A stretch of DNA of 64,000 nt, taken from positions 253,704,001 through 253,768,000 of the forward strand of contig OZ024742.1 of assembly GCA_964016885.1 (NCBI GenBank), given 5' to 3'. Every line of letters begins with the position of its first letter. Position 1 is the first letter of the stretch. Of this stretch, positions 1 through 12,460 are shown piece after piece. Source of the DNA: Eledone cirrhosa. Lineage: Eukaryota. The position numbers and the translations under genes are program-made. Below the pieces are notes generated by a model. That model was not told the origin of the DNA, ran no database searches, and saw only the letters and a program-made list of their open reading frames with translations.

Positions 1-351
1 GAACCAATTGTTAGCTTGGACCAAGGAAACCATGTTTCCATTGATATTTCCATTACTGAAACTATCTGTCATTTATATCTCCTCAGTATATCTTTCTAGC
101 TAGAATGTACCCTGATGTGTATTCCATAAAGCTCATTGATGTGTAGTTATTTCCTCTGTGTGTGTGCCCAGAGGTATCATATCTGTTGAGGGTAATTCTT
201 GTGCCAGTTCATCGGCACAAACAGGCATCATGCAACCAAACTTTTGTTCACCGGGAGAAACCCATCGTTGTCAATGGAAGCAGCTCCCTAAACATCTTCC
301 ATCATGTCCTTATTCTAGATACTATGGCCATTGTTGTGGAACTATATATAT

Positions 352-830
352 ATATTGTTATACTTTGGGAGGGTCATGTTGCCAATAAAAACACACACAT
401 CTGTTGGTTTTTCACTTCAATTTATTATAAATTTCTGGTTGGTTAGTTGGTTCAATAACCAGAAGATTGGTTATATATTGTCAAAGCTCTTTCGTCACAC
501 ATACTGTGACCTCCTCAGTGACTAAGTTTTTATTATGTGTCCCTCTCCTTTGTTCTGTCCTTCACCATTTTGTTTTTGTTAGTTGTGTGTTGTGTGCTTA
601 GTTTGCACATGCTTTACATTTGTGTTTGTGTGTTTATTTATTTATTTATGCGTTTATTTATTTGTCACTAGTTGATTGTTTGTTTCATTTGTGTGCGTCT
701 CATTTGTTTTGTTAGTTTGGTTTTTTGTGTGTGTCTGTAAGTCTTCATTTTGTCCGTAATTACTAGTTGTGATGTTGCTATTCTTCTCATGTTTTCTGTT
801 TAATTTTGGTTGGAGTTCATTTATATAAAT
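352..830 (-). mobile_element. 3' end (EN tail + pLTR) of the PLE family seen at 12461-15905
   Basis: Reverse complement matches 15455-15900 (…INELQPKLNRKHE… vs …INEFQPKLNRKHEW…, same 3' UTR, same hammerhead motif, same terminus). Confidence 0.85.
480..522 (-). ncRNA. Minimal type I hammerhead ribozyme motif
   Basis: Minus strand reads GTCA-CTGAGGA-G-GTCACA(GTATG)TGTGAC-GAAA-GAGC-TT-TGAC: stem I GTCA/TGAC, 6-bp stem II, intact core. Confidence 0.75.
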
Positions 831-998
831 AAACTCATAAATAAAAATATATATATATGAATGTATGTATGTAGGGAGATCCATAGTACGTGTGAAGGAG
901 TGCAAGTCTCTAGCAAGCTTGAAAAGCCTTATCCGAGCGTCACACATCTGAATCTGACAAGCGATTGCAATACTCTTGGCAGAGTTTGCAGCCATCAT

Positions 999-1086
<88 letters not shown>

Positions 1087-1095
1087 TTATTTATC

Positions 1096-1258
1096 TATGT
1101 AATAAATAACATAAGATAATGATTTCATTTACCAGTGGTTTCTTGAAGGCAGATGTTATGTCTGTCTTCAGTCGTCTGACGACTGAAGACAGACATAACA
1201 TCTGCCTTCAAGAAACCACTGGTAAATGAAATAATTATCTTATGTTGTTTATTACATA
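1096..1258. repeat. Near-perfect 163-bp palindrome (fold-back of a pLTR-like end) between (TA)n tracts
   Basis: 81-bp arms centred on T1177 (…gtcgtc T gacgac…), 2 mismatches; right arm continues with a unique tail to about 1322. Confidence 0.9.
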
Positions 1259-1338
1259 ATTAATAAGCTCCGTAGCCTACATAGAGCACTCTTTTTTCCT
1301 GTACCTTTCCGACGGAAATACTTTATATATATATATAT

Positions 1339-1832
1339 ATTAGTAAAAAGGAAAAGAAAATGTTGACAAATTTTTCCCAGTGAAAAATACCTTAATTAGG
1401 AATAAGTATAAATTAGTAATAAGTATTGGTTAGTATTCAGTTTTAGTTTTAAGTTTTTACTGGTTGCGCATTTCTAATGCTTTTCAAAAATAATTTTGAG
1501 ATAGAGCGCTCGTGATGTTTGCTCTAATCTGATCAGTTTTGGAAATTCTTCCTATTTTATGTGAAAAAAGTGGCACCAGAGGTGTTAAGATTTGGTTGGT
1601 TGTTGAATGTCACGTGAATAAGTACTATAAATTTCGCACCAATTCGTGTTGCAAAAATTCTTATAGTCAAAACAATTTTGATTGGTCGGTAGAGGTCACG
1701 TGAATGATAAAAACTGATTTTATCGCGAACTGGTTTGACGCCAAATCTAGGTTTGTCGAAGAGTGTCCTTTTTCGCTTGATTGAGTTGCAGTCATGTTGA
1801 GAAGTCACTGAAAAATATGTTTATTAAGACAA

Positions 1833-1868
<36 letters not shown>

Positions 1869-1987
1869 CAGAGTGGTTCAAGGTAGAGGGAATGAATCGG
1901 TTAGTAGGAATTTGTGTGTACGTGTGTGGGGGGTATTTTAACATGTTGAAACATATTTTTCAGCTCTTGTCTTATACGGAGAAGTGT

Positions 1988-2028
<41 letters not shown>

Positions 2029-4652
2029 CTGTTTGTATGTTAGTGTACGCGTGTGTATGCGTGTGTGTATGTGTGTGTGTGTGTGTGTATGTCTGTTTGT
2101 ATGTTAGTGTATGTGTGTGTATGTGTGTGTGTATGTATGTGTGTGTGTGTGTGTGTGTGTATGTGTGTGTGTGTGTATGGATGGACCAGTATTTTTGTGA
2201 TACTGGTAAAAATGTTGTACATTATTCGATATTTTCAGTCATTTGCAAAAGCGATTCTCTCAAAAGAACATCAAAAACATCAATAATAAAAGAGGTGAAA
2301 TGATGTATAGTATTGTCATAATACCAAGGTGTGTGTGAGTGTCCAGATTGTACGTACTGCAAGGGGAATCCATTAGGCCCTGCCGTATGGGATACTTGTG
2401 TACAAATATGTATGTGCCCATCAATGTGCAATGCATGTGTGCGTATGTGTATGTGTGTGTGTCGGCACGTTTATATCTATAGACATCAAAAGGTATGCAA
2501 ATTTGTGTATATTTGTGTTGCACCATAGAACATGTGTGTTTACGTATGTCATTGTGTTTATATGTAGATAGAAATGTATGTAGGATGTATGCTGATGTAG
2601 GTATGTATGTTGACGTGTGTATGTTGTGAGTTCGTCTTAGGGAGAAGTGTTTAGACGGGGGTCCGTATTTGTTAATAAAGTGAGATTCCTTGCTGATGCG
2701 CTGGGTGTGGGTGGCATTATCTTTAAATTTGTAGAGGGGAAAGATTATAAAGTTGAGATGATTTTGGGCGGCACAGGTATCAATGTGTTCACTCAGTGGT
2801 ATTTTTCTGTATTCCTGTATTTTAATTTGGGATCTATGGACAGTCATGCGTTGGCGGAGGCTGTTTTTAGTCTGGCCTATGTATTCTCGACAACCTGAGC
2901 AAGTTAATACATATATTAGATTTTCTGATGCGTATGTGAAATTGTGTTTTACTATAAAACGTTGTCCTTCTTTGAAATAGAATTCCGAACCCTCTATTAG
3001 GTTGATGCATATGCCACAGTTGGGTCTATTGCATTTTTTTTACTGTGGGTTTCGTTGTTGTGGCATGTGTTAGGATGTTTTTCATTGACTTAGATTGTCT
3101 TTTGCTCTTTATGATATCGTGTGTTCGAAGGATTTGGTTCATTCTATGGTCTTTGTTTAACATTTTAATGTTCTGGAGGATGGTGTCAAAGGCCTCATTG
3201 TTGAGGGGGTTGTGTGTGGAGATGTATGGAAGAGCTTTTAGTTTCGGTTGATTTACTTTAGGGTGTCTAAGGTCATGGGTACTGAGTTTTAGGGCACGTT
3301 GGATTCCATTGTCAATTAGTGATGCCTGGTAGTCCCTGCTTATGAGTGTGCCCTTTAGTTCTTGTAGCCGTAAGTAGCATGTGTTTTTATTGGAGAATAT
3401 AGTACAGATTCTCTTGGATAAGTTGTAGGGAATATTAATTTTAACGTGTCTAGGGTGGCAAGAATTGAAAGGAAGATATTGCTTGGAGTCTGTGGGCTTG
3501 TAGTATATGTCTGTTTCTATTTTTTTTTATGAATCTTAATGAGGATGTCGAGGAAGGGGAGTTGTTGATGGCTGTATTCTATCGTAAAGTTAATATTCGT
3601 GTTGAGCCCATTTATAAGGGTGTGAAATTCTTTAAGTTTCTCGATGTTTTCGTGCCAAAGGATGAAGCAGTCATCTAGATATCGCTTCCAGTTCTTTTCT
3701 ATGTGTAAGTGGAGAATGTTTCCAAATTTGTTTAGTACTTTAGTGTAGAGGGTGATTTAAAGGTATCCCATGACTAGGTTGGCATAAGTGTGGGCCGTTT
3801 TCGTTCCCATAGCAGTCCCAGATTTCTGCCTGTAGGATTTGTTACTGAAAACGAAGTAATTGTTCTCCAAGATAAATTTGAGTCCTTCTATCACGAATTC
3901 TTTTTTGATGCGTTGTGGGAGTTCATTGTGGTAATTATCCAGCCAGAATTGTATAGCTTCTATTCCTAGGTTGTGGGGGATGTTGGAGTATAGGTTGACT
4001 ACATCAAACTTCACAACAATGAACCTCTTTACTACACACACACACACACATATTTGTCTTAATAGACATGTTTTTCAGTGACTTCTCAACATGACTGCAA
4101 CTCAATCAAGCGGAAAAGGACACTCTTCGACAAATCTAGATTTGGCGCCAAACCAGTTCGCGCTAAAATCAATTTTTAACATTCACGTGACCTCTACCGA
4201 CCAATCAAAATCGTTTTGACTACAAGAATTTTTGCAACACGAATTGGCGCGAAATTTATAGTACTTATTCACGTAACATTCAACAACCAACCAAATCTTA
4301 ATACCTCTGGAGCCACTTTTTACACATAAGCAGGAAGAATTTCCAAAACTGATCAGATTAGAGCAAACATCACGAGCGCTCTATCTCAAAATTATTTTTG
4401 AAAAGCATTAGAAATGCGCAACCGGTAAAAACTTAAAACTAAAACTGAATACTAACCAATACTTATTACTAATTTATACTTATTCCTAATTAAGGTATTT
4501 TTCACTGGGAAAAATTTGTCACCATTTCTTTTCCTTTTTACTAATATATCACAACTCGTGTGTCACACCTCTATTTTTTTTTAATATATTTCCGCCGGCT
4601 AGGCGGTTCCGCCGCCGACCCGTACTTTTACGAGTAGCTGCCGGGAGAGACA
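1339..4652 (-). mobile_element. Penelope-like element, Neptune-like, 5'-truncated, with inverted pLTR copy
   Basis: About 500-bp inverted repeats at 1339-1835 and 4047-4546 enclose a minus-strand RT plus GIY-YIG remnant; (TA)n on the left; right arm has a ~100-bp extension to about 4652. Confidence 0.9.
2640..4025 (-). pseudogene. Disrupted PLE reverse transcriptase + GIY-YIG endonuclease
   Basis: FDVVNLYSNIP…YRQKSGTAMGTK…YANLVMG, WKRYLDDCF, linker KCNRPNCGIC (Cys motif typical of Neptune-type PLEs), YIGQTKNSLRQRMTVH…KESHFINKY; interrupted by stops and frameshifts. Confidence 0.9.
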
Positions 4653-5759
4653 TATATGTATACAAAATTTTTATATAAACAAATATTTAGTAGAGAATTT
4701 AAATCGATTTGTTTGCATAGAGGTCAACGTGAATTATCAATTTCACTACCTATGCAACTGCTCTACAACAGCCAAAACCATATGTGGATATTAACGCTGG
4801 AGTATATCATATTCATTCAAGGAAGAGTTGAGATACTTTCAGATTGTTCTTCACCAAGACCAGAATATTTTGGTTTTGACTGACCCCTGAAAATATTTGC
4901 CAACCACAATTATTGAAAATTGATTGTTAGAATAGTGGCTCTTATCAACAGGTATTACAACAAAGCCAAACAACTCTGTCCTGCACCGAGGCAGCAGTAC
5001 GACTGCTTCTTACAGTTTTTAGACAAGTTAAGAGCTATTGGCTGGTTTGGCAAGAGGATTCTGAAAATAGCAGCAGCACACTTGGCCTCTCAAAAAGCAT
5101 CTCATATATATAGAGATACAGATATGCATGTATGTATGTATATACAGCACACAGTCCTATAAGGTGGTAGTGTTGGTAGTATGTAAAAAACGCCCAAGGT
5201 TTACCCTGTAAGATGCTAGGGCAGGGGTTACACTAAAATCCTCCCAGGAAACGCTGTAAAGGCATTGGCTTTAGAAAGGGCATCTGACTATAGATATCAA
5301 TCCCAAAGCATGGAAAATAGACATTAAACGGTGATGATAATGATATATATAAGCACGCACACACATATATGTATATATTGTGTGTGCGTTCATATGCCTA
5401 TATATATATATATACGCTCACACCCCAATTAGTGAACAGGAACATCTAGAAACACACAGATACCAAATAAAACAACAATGGAAACAACAACAAACATACC
5501 AAAAACAAAGCAAAACCAGAAAACTGTATAAAATTACTTAGATATACTTATTAGAAAATAGCTTTTAGAAATGTTATTCTATAAAATATACCTTTTTATT
5601 AAACAATTTTTTATTTTTTTGGAGTTCTTCAGCATTATTTGCCAATTAGCAATCAGAACTTTGTGATAGATTCAAACGCCTGCAGCGTAATAGAAACCAG
5701 AGAAATTAATATAAAATGAAGGATCTTCTAAAATATGTAACATGAAGAATAATGCATTA

Positions 5760-6545
5760 TTACTCGGTAGAGCATCAGACATGCTTTGTGGTATGTAGTT
5801 ATGACCGTTTATGTTCTAAGTTCAAATACTTCTGAGATTAGCTTTGCCTTTCATCCTTATGGGGTCAATAAAATATATACCAGTCGGCACTGGGGTCGAT
5901 TTAATTGACTTTCTCCTCTCCTTCAAATTGCTGGCCTTGTGCCTAAAGTAGAAACAATTATTATGATTACTAATGTTAGGGCGGTGGATTGGCAGTATCA
6001 GTAGAGTGTCAGACAACATGCTTTGTGGTATATAGTTATAGTTATGGCCCTTTATGTTCTGTGTTCAAATCCCGGTGAAGTTACCCTTGCCTTTCACCCT
6101 TACTGGGTCAACAAAATAAAGTAATATGCTGTGGTTGGTTTAATTGACTTTCTCCTCCCCTAAATTGTTAGTCATGCGCCTTAATCAGAAACCATTATAA
6201 TCATTACTATTAAGGCGGTGGATTGTCAGTATCAGCAGAGTGTCAGACATGCTTTGTGGCATAGAGTTACGACCCTTTATGTTAGAAGTTCAAATCCTGC
6301 TGAGGTTATCTTTGTATTCCATCCTATTGATCTCGATAAAATGAAGTTCCAGTAATGCACTGGGGTCAATTTATTCGACTTACCCCATCCCTCAAAAATG
6401 TTGGTCTTATGCCTAAATCAGAAACAATTATTAATATTATTATTAAAAAAGCAGTGAATTGGCAGAATCTTTAGAACATCAAACAAAATGTTTTGAGTTC
6501 TACTCTCACTAAGGTCAACTTTACCTTTCAACCTTCTGGGGTCAA
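5760..6545 (+). mobile_element. Head-to-tail cluster of about 4 diverged tRNA-derived SINE copies
   Basis: Repeated GGCGGTGGATTGGCAGTATC…GTTCAAATCC…GCCTTTCATCC…GGGGTC…AGAAACAATTA units starting near 5760, 5979, 6213 and 6450. Confidence 0.8.
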
Positions 6546-6759
6546 CACATTCATCATAGGAAAGGTCCATTTTTTTTTTACATTTATTTGAAAAGAAAAT
6601 ATTTACCTTGAAATATCATGATGAAATATATTGAGTCAAATGTTTCATCAACCTTTACCCCAAACCACCTTTATCTATATATTTCTATCTGCTTTGTACC
6701 AGCTTTCTGAACTTCTTATTATTTATTACATATGTTATAAGTCTTCATGTTAATCATAA

Positions 6760-6995
6760 GCACCCAGTCCACACTGTAAAGTGGTTGTGTAGGAAATATG
6801 GTAAAAAGGCTCCCAGTCCACACTGTACAAATGGTTGGTGTTAGGAAGGGTATCCAGCCGTAGAAAAACTACCAAAGACACTTCCGTATAAGCAAGATAC
6901 AGTCTCCCGACCAATCCCGCATCAAATGAAAAAAAAAACGTCTAACCCATGCTAGCGTGGAAGATGGACATTAAACAATGATGATGATGATGATA
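6760..6995 (+). mobile_element. RTE-type 3' UTR/tail fragment
   Basis: GGTTGGTGTTAGGAAGGG…CCCATGCTAGCGTGGAAGATGGAC…(GAT)n, same as the 3' ends of the RTE copies at 13009-14066 and 60780-61995. Confidence 0.75.
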
Positions 6996-7529
6996 ATACA
7001 TACATATATATGTATTCTAAGGCAATAGGAAACGGTTTTCCATAGCCTAAGCTGCTCTCTGTTACTTACTCAACAAATGATGTTTCGAAGGCAGTTGTGA
7101 TCAAACTACTTGGAGTGATTATCAAATGTATATTTGTAATGGACCAGTAGCACTAAGAATAAGTCCTGGACCCAATACGGGTTTTTATAAATGTACACTG
7201 TAGCAACAGTTGCAGGGTGCAATCTGTTAGCTGCAGCTGCAAAGTAAGTGTGAGTACTCCTGCCAGAAAATAGTGCATTTACTTCGTCAGTGGATGGTAA
7301 AAGCTGTGATAAGCCGATTTTGACCATTGTCCTCCCACTATGAATCACTGCCAACTACTACCAAGCCAATAGAGGCTGCACTAGTTAGCAATGCCACATG
7401 AGGAAGAAAGAATGACCTCTAGTCTATCAAGGGATGGTACTGGTGGGAGAATCGAAATGATTGACATTTTGAAAATCAATGCCAATGTAGATCTCATATA
7501 TACGTACACACTTATATATATATATATAT

Positions 7530-7642
<113 letters not shown>

Positions 7643-7871
7643 ATAATAATAATAATAATAATATATATATATAGTAATAATAATTTTTTGAAATATCCAG
7701 TTCTGCGTTTACAGATTGACTTTGTTAGTTTCAGAAGATCCCGTTAAGGGTGAAAGCAGCGATTCTTTGCTTAAACTTTAATCTCTTATTTTAATAAATA
7801 TATATATATATATATGTAAGTATGTATGTATACGTACATACATATATGTATACAGACGTACAGTAGCATGC

Positions 7872-7968
<97 letters not shown>

Positions 7969-8123
7969 TATACACATATACATACAGGTACACATACATA
8001 TATGCACGCATCAGTTTAGCGGACGCTTATTATAACGCCGCTTTGTTCGTTTGTAAACAAACTGAACAGCCTGAATTTATATGTATATATATGTGTATAT
8101 ATATGTGTATATATATGTGTATA

Positions 8124-8174
<51 letters not shown>

Positions 8175-8290
8175 GCATGCTACTGTACGTCTGTATACAT
8201 ATATGTATGTACGTATACATACATACTTACATTTAAGTAAGTGCCATACTTAGAGTGACAAATGAAATTTCGTTTTCATTTTTTTCAACT

Positions 8291-8314
<24 letters not shown>

Positions 8315-8322
<8 letters not shown>

Positions 8323-9172
8323 TAACACATTCAAGTGTAAGCAAAGATTTGCTGGTTTCACCCTTAACGGGATCTTCTGAAACTATAAGAAAATCAATCT
8401 GTGAACGCAGAAGTAAATATTTCGAAAAATGTTGCAGCCAGACGAGGACAGGAAGACGATATTTTGGTTCGTGGAAACGTTCCTTGGCAAAGAACAAAAA
8501 CACGTCATTATTTGGGCGGTGGATTGGCAGTATTGGTAGAGGGTCGGACGCCATGCTTTCCAGGATAGTTACGTCCCTTTACGATCTGAGTTCAGATCCC
8601 GCCGAGGTTGACTTTGCCTTTCATCCTTACGGGGTCGATAAAATAAAGTACCAGTAATGCACTGGGTAACTTGCTGGCCTTGTGCCTAAATTAGAAACAA
8701 TTATTTGGAGCTGTGAAAACAATTACACGCAAAGACAAAACCACGTTTATAGTATAACTGAAGTCGTAGACTAAAATTCTATTTCGTCTCCACGAACCGC
8801 CTAATAGAATATTAGTCTACGACTTCATTCATACCATGAACGTGGTTTTGTCTTTCCGTGTAATTGATATCACCGCTCCAAATAATGACGTTTTTTTCGT
8901 TCTTTGCCAGGGAATGTTTCCACGAACCAAAGTATCGTCTTCCTGTCCTCCTTCGGTTGCAAGGTTTTTCGAAATATTTACTTCTGCGTTCACAGATTGA
9001 CTTTTCTTAGTTTCAGAAGGTCCCGTTAAGGGTGAAAGCAGCGATTCTTTGCTTAAAATTTAATCTGTTTTTTAATAAATATTTGCTCTTGAGATCTTAT
9101 ATATTTGATATATATTTATCCTTATCGAGCCCTCTTTGGATTTTAGTCTTCAAATTGATTATTATTACTATA
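8315..9172. mobile_element. Fold-back copy of a non-coding pLTR-like family (marker CCCTTAACGGG), interrupted by a SINE
   Basis: 8315-8790 is the reverse complement of about 8805-9080; right arm has a ~90-bp tail; other copies at 7685-7800, 38515-38651, 42478-43020 and 53340-53838. Confidence 0.8.
8514..8703 (+). mobile_element. tRNA-derived SINE (Nin/Deu-like central domain) with TSD
   Basis: A-box-like TGGCAGTATTGG, B-box-like GAGTTCAGATCC, GCCTTTCATCCTTACGGGGTCGATAAAAT; TSD ATTATTTGG at 8507-8515 and 8700-8708. Confidence 0.85.
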
Positions 9173-9479
9173 TGAGATCGTGTAGGTGTCACGACAAATG
9201 AGATCGTGTAGGTGTCATTACAAATGAGATCGTGTAGGTGTCACGACAAAAAAACACACAGTCCACGCTGTAATGTGGCCGTGTAGGCAACACGGTAAAA
9301 ACCTCCCAGACCCACACTGTAAATGTGGTTGGTGTTAGGAAGGGCATCCAACTGTAGAAAACCTGCCAGACAGTCCTATGCGAGCAAGACAATCACTCTT
9401 GCCTCAAGTGGGACTACCCCCGTCCAAACCCATGCAAGCGTGGAACACGGACGTTAAACGTTGATGATGATGATGATGA

Positions 9480-9483
<4 letters not shown>
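9172..9483 (+). mobile_element. RTE-type 3' UTR/tail fragment
   Basis: Near-match to 13800-14066; ends in (GAT)n; 5' end has a short triplicated TGAGATCGTGTAGGTGTCA unit. Confidence 0.8.
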
Positions 9484-9527
<44 letters not shown>

Positions 9528-9530
<3 letters not shown>

Positions 9531-9701
9531 TATGGATGTAGTAAAATCCAGTTAGACCATTAGTTATCAGAGTACTCTATGTAGTAGAGTGGGTAATATG
9601 AAAAATTTGGGATACTGATGGCTGACCTCCGGCCGTTTCAACTGCAGGATCCAGATCTAGCTGTTGAAACAGCCGGAGCTCAGGCATCAGGGTTCCAAAC
9701 T

Positions 9702-9771
<70 letters not shown>

Positions 9772-9830
9772 AGATTCAGGACCCCAATGGCTGAACTCTG
9801 GCTGTTTCAGCAGCTAGATCTGTTGAATTA
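9528..9830. repeat. Double fold-back of a pLTR-end-like family
   Basis: 9597-9650 is inverted relative to 9656-9707, which is inverted again at 9765-9822 across (TA)n; related ends at 24159-24424 and 53852-53937. Confidence 0.7.
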
Positions 9831-10027
9831 CCAACAAATTGAATATCCCTTTTGCTTATATATATATATATACAAGGAGAGAGGGGGGGGGGGGGGGTTA
9901 TAGTATTATTCAATTTCCATTTGGGTAATCAATTAATTTGATTACTCATCAAGAATCAAAGACTGCTTACAGTAGTGTTTTACTCAACAGACGAATTATT
10001 CAAATTGGTAGATCCTGTGGTAGTTCC

Positions 10028-10197
10028 AAGTGTAACTCTGAAGAGTACCTGTGTCTCATGTGATTTAATCATAATCAATAGTTTGTCTTCGATGATTGAA
10101 TATATTGATTGATTTTTTTTTCTTTCGATGATTGATTACATATATTGATTTTTAGTCATGCTCTCCAGGTATGAAATAGCACTATAAGGTTTCACTT
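10028..10197 (+). ncRNA. Type I hammerhead ribozyme motif with very long stem-loop II
   Basis: AAGTGTAACT-CTGAAGA-GTACCTG…(~114 nt)…CAGGTAT-GAAA-TAG(CA)CTA-TA-AGGTTTCACTT; all three stems pair; canonical core. Confidence 0.75.
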
Positions 10198-10321
10198 ACG
10201 ACCCCATCTGTGTACATATTCATCTATAGAATATGTATTTGGTATATATACACTATACTGTGTTTCTTTTATGATATATGGCCCTTTCTCAATCTATATA
10301 AACATATATCTTTTAATTTGG

Positions 10322-10365
<44 letters not shown>

Positions 10366-11199
10366 ATGTCCGCTTTTCCCTGCTTGCATATATAGAAAAA
10401 TGTGAAATAGACAAACAATAAAATAAGATGAAACAAGATGTTATGTGTTACCTTATTTATTTATCTGTCCTGATAATTTGAGATAAAATCTTTTCTTCGG
10501 AGGTGTATAACAAGGGACAGGTTAGGAATCGGTAAATATGCTAAGTCATGTGGCTGGAAGTGGTGGACAGAGGTGAGGGAGAAGGGGAAGGGGGGCATAG
10601 GGCTCTATCCCTCTTTTATTTATATTTTCATTATTTATTTATTTGCAAGAGAAAGGTCAAGAAGGCCATAGAGTTCTTTCCCTTTATATCTATATATACA
10701 TACGCACAAAACACACTCACACACACACAAACATATATATATGTGTGTATACATATGCACAGGCACACATATGCATATATGCCTACACATATATGCACAT
10801 ACATATGTTCTCATAAATAAAGACCCTGGGCAGTATGTGTCTTAGTATTCTAGGGCACAGAAATCCTTTCTCAAGTTATCTATGTGTGCATACATTTGCA
10901 CATTCAAACACACCTATATAAATATATATATATATATATGAAAGTACTTGTTCAATTAACACTTAACATTTAATATTCTACCACACTATTTCATTCTAAT
11001 ACCATTATAATTTTAAAGGATTGTAAATAAAACAAGTAAATCAGACAAAGTTGGAATTCCTTTTATTAATATATATATATATATACATATATGCACACAC
11101 ACACATGTATGTATACACTTATATATACATTTACATGCATAAGCATGCTCATACACACACACATACAGACACATAGATATGCATTGTATATTAAGTATT

Positions 11200-12172
11200 G
11201 CATGCCTAATTCTAGTCTATTATTGATCCGCGGTTGTGTTTTGGCTATGATCATTTCTTCTTTTATTCTTAGATTCCTTATATTTCTGTCTCTGTCTTCT
11301 ATCGTAATTGCTATATTTTTGTCTATATTGTTATATTTGTGTTTTTATAGTTCTCTATGTGTTCTTTGAATGAGAAAGTATTGAAGTGTTCTTTAATTCT
11401 AATGTGTAATTGTCAAGTTTTAGTGCCTATATAGAAGTTATCACATTTTTTGCACTAGATTCGGTACATGACCTATACATGCTGCCATATGTCTGTGTCA
11501 CTGATGGGGTAGTTAGCTAGCGTGAAATATTTGTTGTGGTCTTTGGGTCATTTCCTGGATAGTTGTTTATGTAGCAAAGGGCTGCATTGGGCTTGTTGTA
11601 GATCTAGCCTTCTCTTCAGATGGTTTTGTGGGTTGCCATGGTTGTATCATCACTGAAGTGTGGCAACATCAGCAAGCAGGTGTTGGCTGAGGTTGTCTTT
11701 CGGTTGCTCTGTTTCCTGTTTCTCACGCAGCTCATAGTAGATGTCGGGTACCTGTTTATCTTCAGTACTTCCACGAAGTTTATGGTGTGCATGTCTCAGT
11801 CTCCCATCTTGTTGCATTTACTCCGTATACATGTAAGTTAATTCCTTATGTATCCAGACTTGGCACTAAGCAGGAGGGTCAATCTATAATGAAGAAACCG
11901 GTCTCTGCTGGTGGCTTTTCTGTAGAAGTTGGTGTGGTTGCCACTGCCTTTCATTATTCTGAGTTGGATGTTGGGCAGGGAAAGGGATCCAGTGTCATTG
12001 GGGTGTTCCATGCTGAATCTTATGTGTTTATCCATGCTGGAGAATGTCATGTGTATATCCCTGTCTGCTTTTCCATGGGATAGTGTCAGGATGTATATGT
12101 CATCTATATATCGGGTGAGGAATGCACAGGAGTGGCAGGTGTTGAGAGCCCGATATTCTAGCTGCTTCATAT
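11200..12172 (-). mobile_element. PLE remnant (RT C-terminal half + GIY-YIG), Penelope/Poseidon-like
   Basis: MKQLEYRAL…RYIDDIYIL…IRFSMEHP…FYRKAT…FLHY, then YRI*CKKCDNFYIG…RIKEH. Confidence 0.8.
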
Positions 12173-12196
12173 AACTATATATATATATATATATAT

Positions 12197-12460
12197 ATCA
12201 TCATCATCATCATCATTTTACGTCCGCTTTTCAATGCTTGCAAGGGTGGGACGGGAACTGATTCTAGCTTGATTTCTACAGCTGGATGCCCTTCCTAACA
12301 CCAACCTTATTTACAGTGAGTGCTGGGTGCTTTTTTGCTGTGGCACCTCCATGACCACTTTGCAGTGGAATGATATGGACCCCAGTCCTATCATCTCATT
12401 TCTACAGCTGAGTAAACTGGAGCAATGTGAAATAAAGTGTCTTGCTCAAGGAAAAAACAC
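12197..12460 (-). mobile_element. CORE-type SINE body joined to RTE-type (GAT)n tail
   Basis: Minus strand CCTTGAGCAAGACACTTTATTTCACATTGCTCCAGTTTACTCAGCTGTAGAAATG followed by the GGAAGGGCATCC…(GAT)n tail; sister copies at 52683-52915 and 60510-60630. Confidence 0.75.

Noticed and set aside
1339-4546. 500-bp inverted repeats as TIRs of a DNA transposon
   Set aside because: The enclosed coding remnant is PLE RT/GIY-YIG, no transposase or TSD is seen, and the asymmetry fits an inverted pLTR.
7190-7295. Minus-strand CTGACGA…GCAA-CTGT(TGCT)ACAG-TG as active hammerhead
   Set aside because: GAAA is GCAA, position 17 is G and stem I is lost; counted only as a relic.
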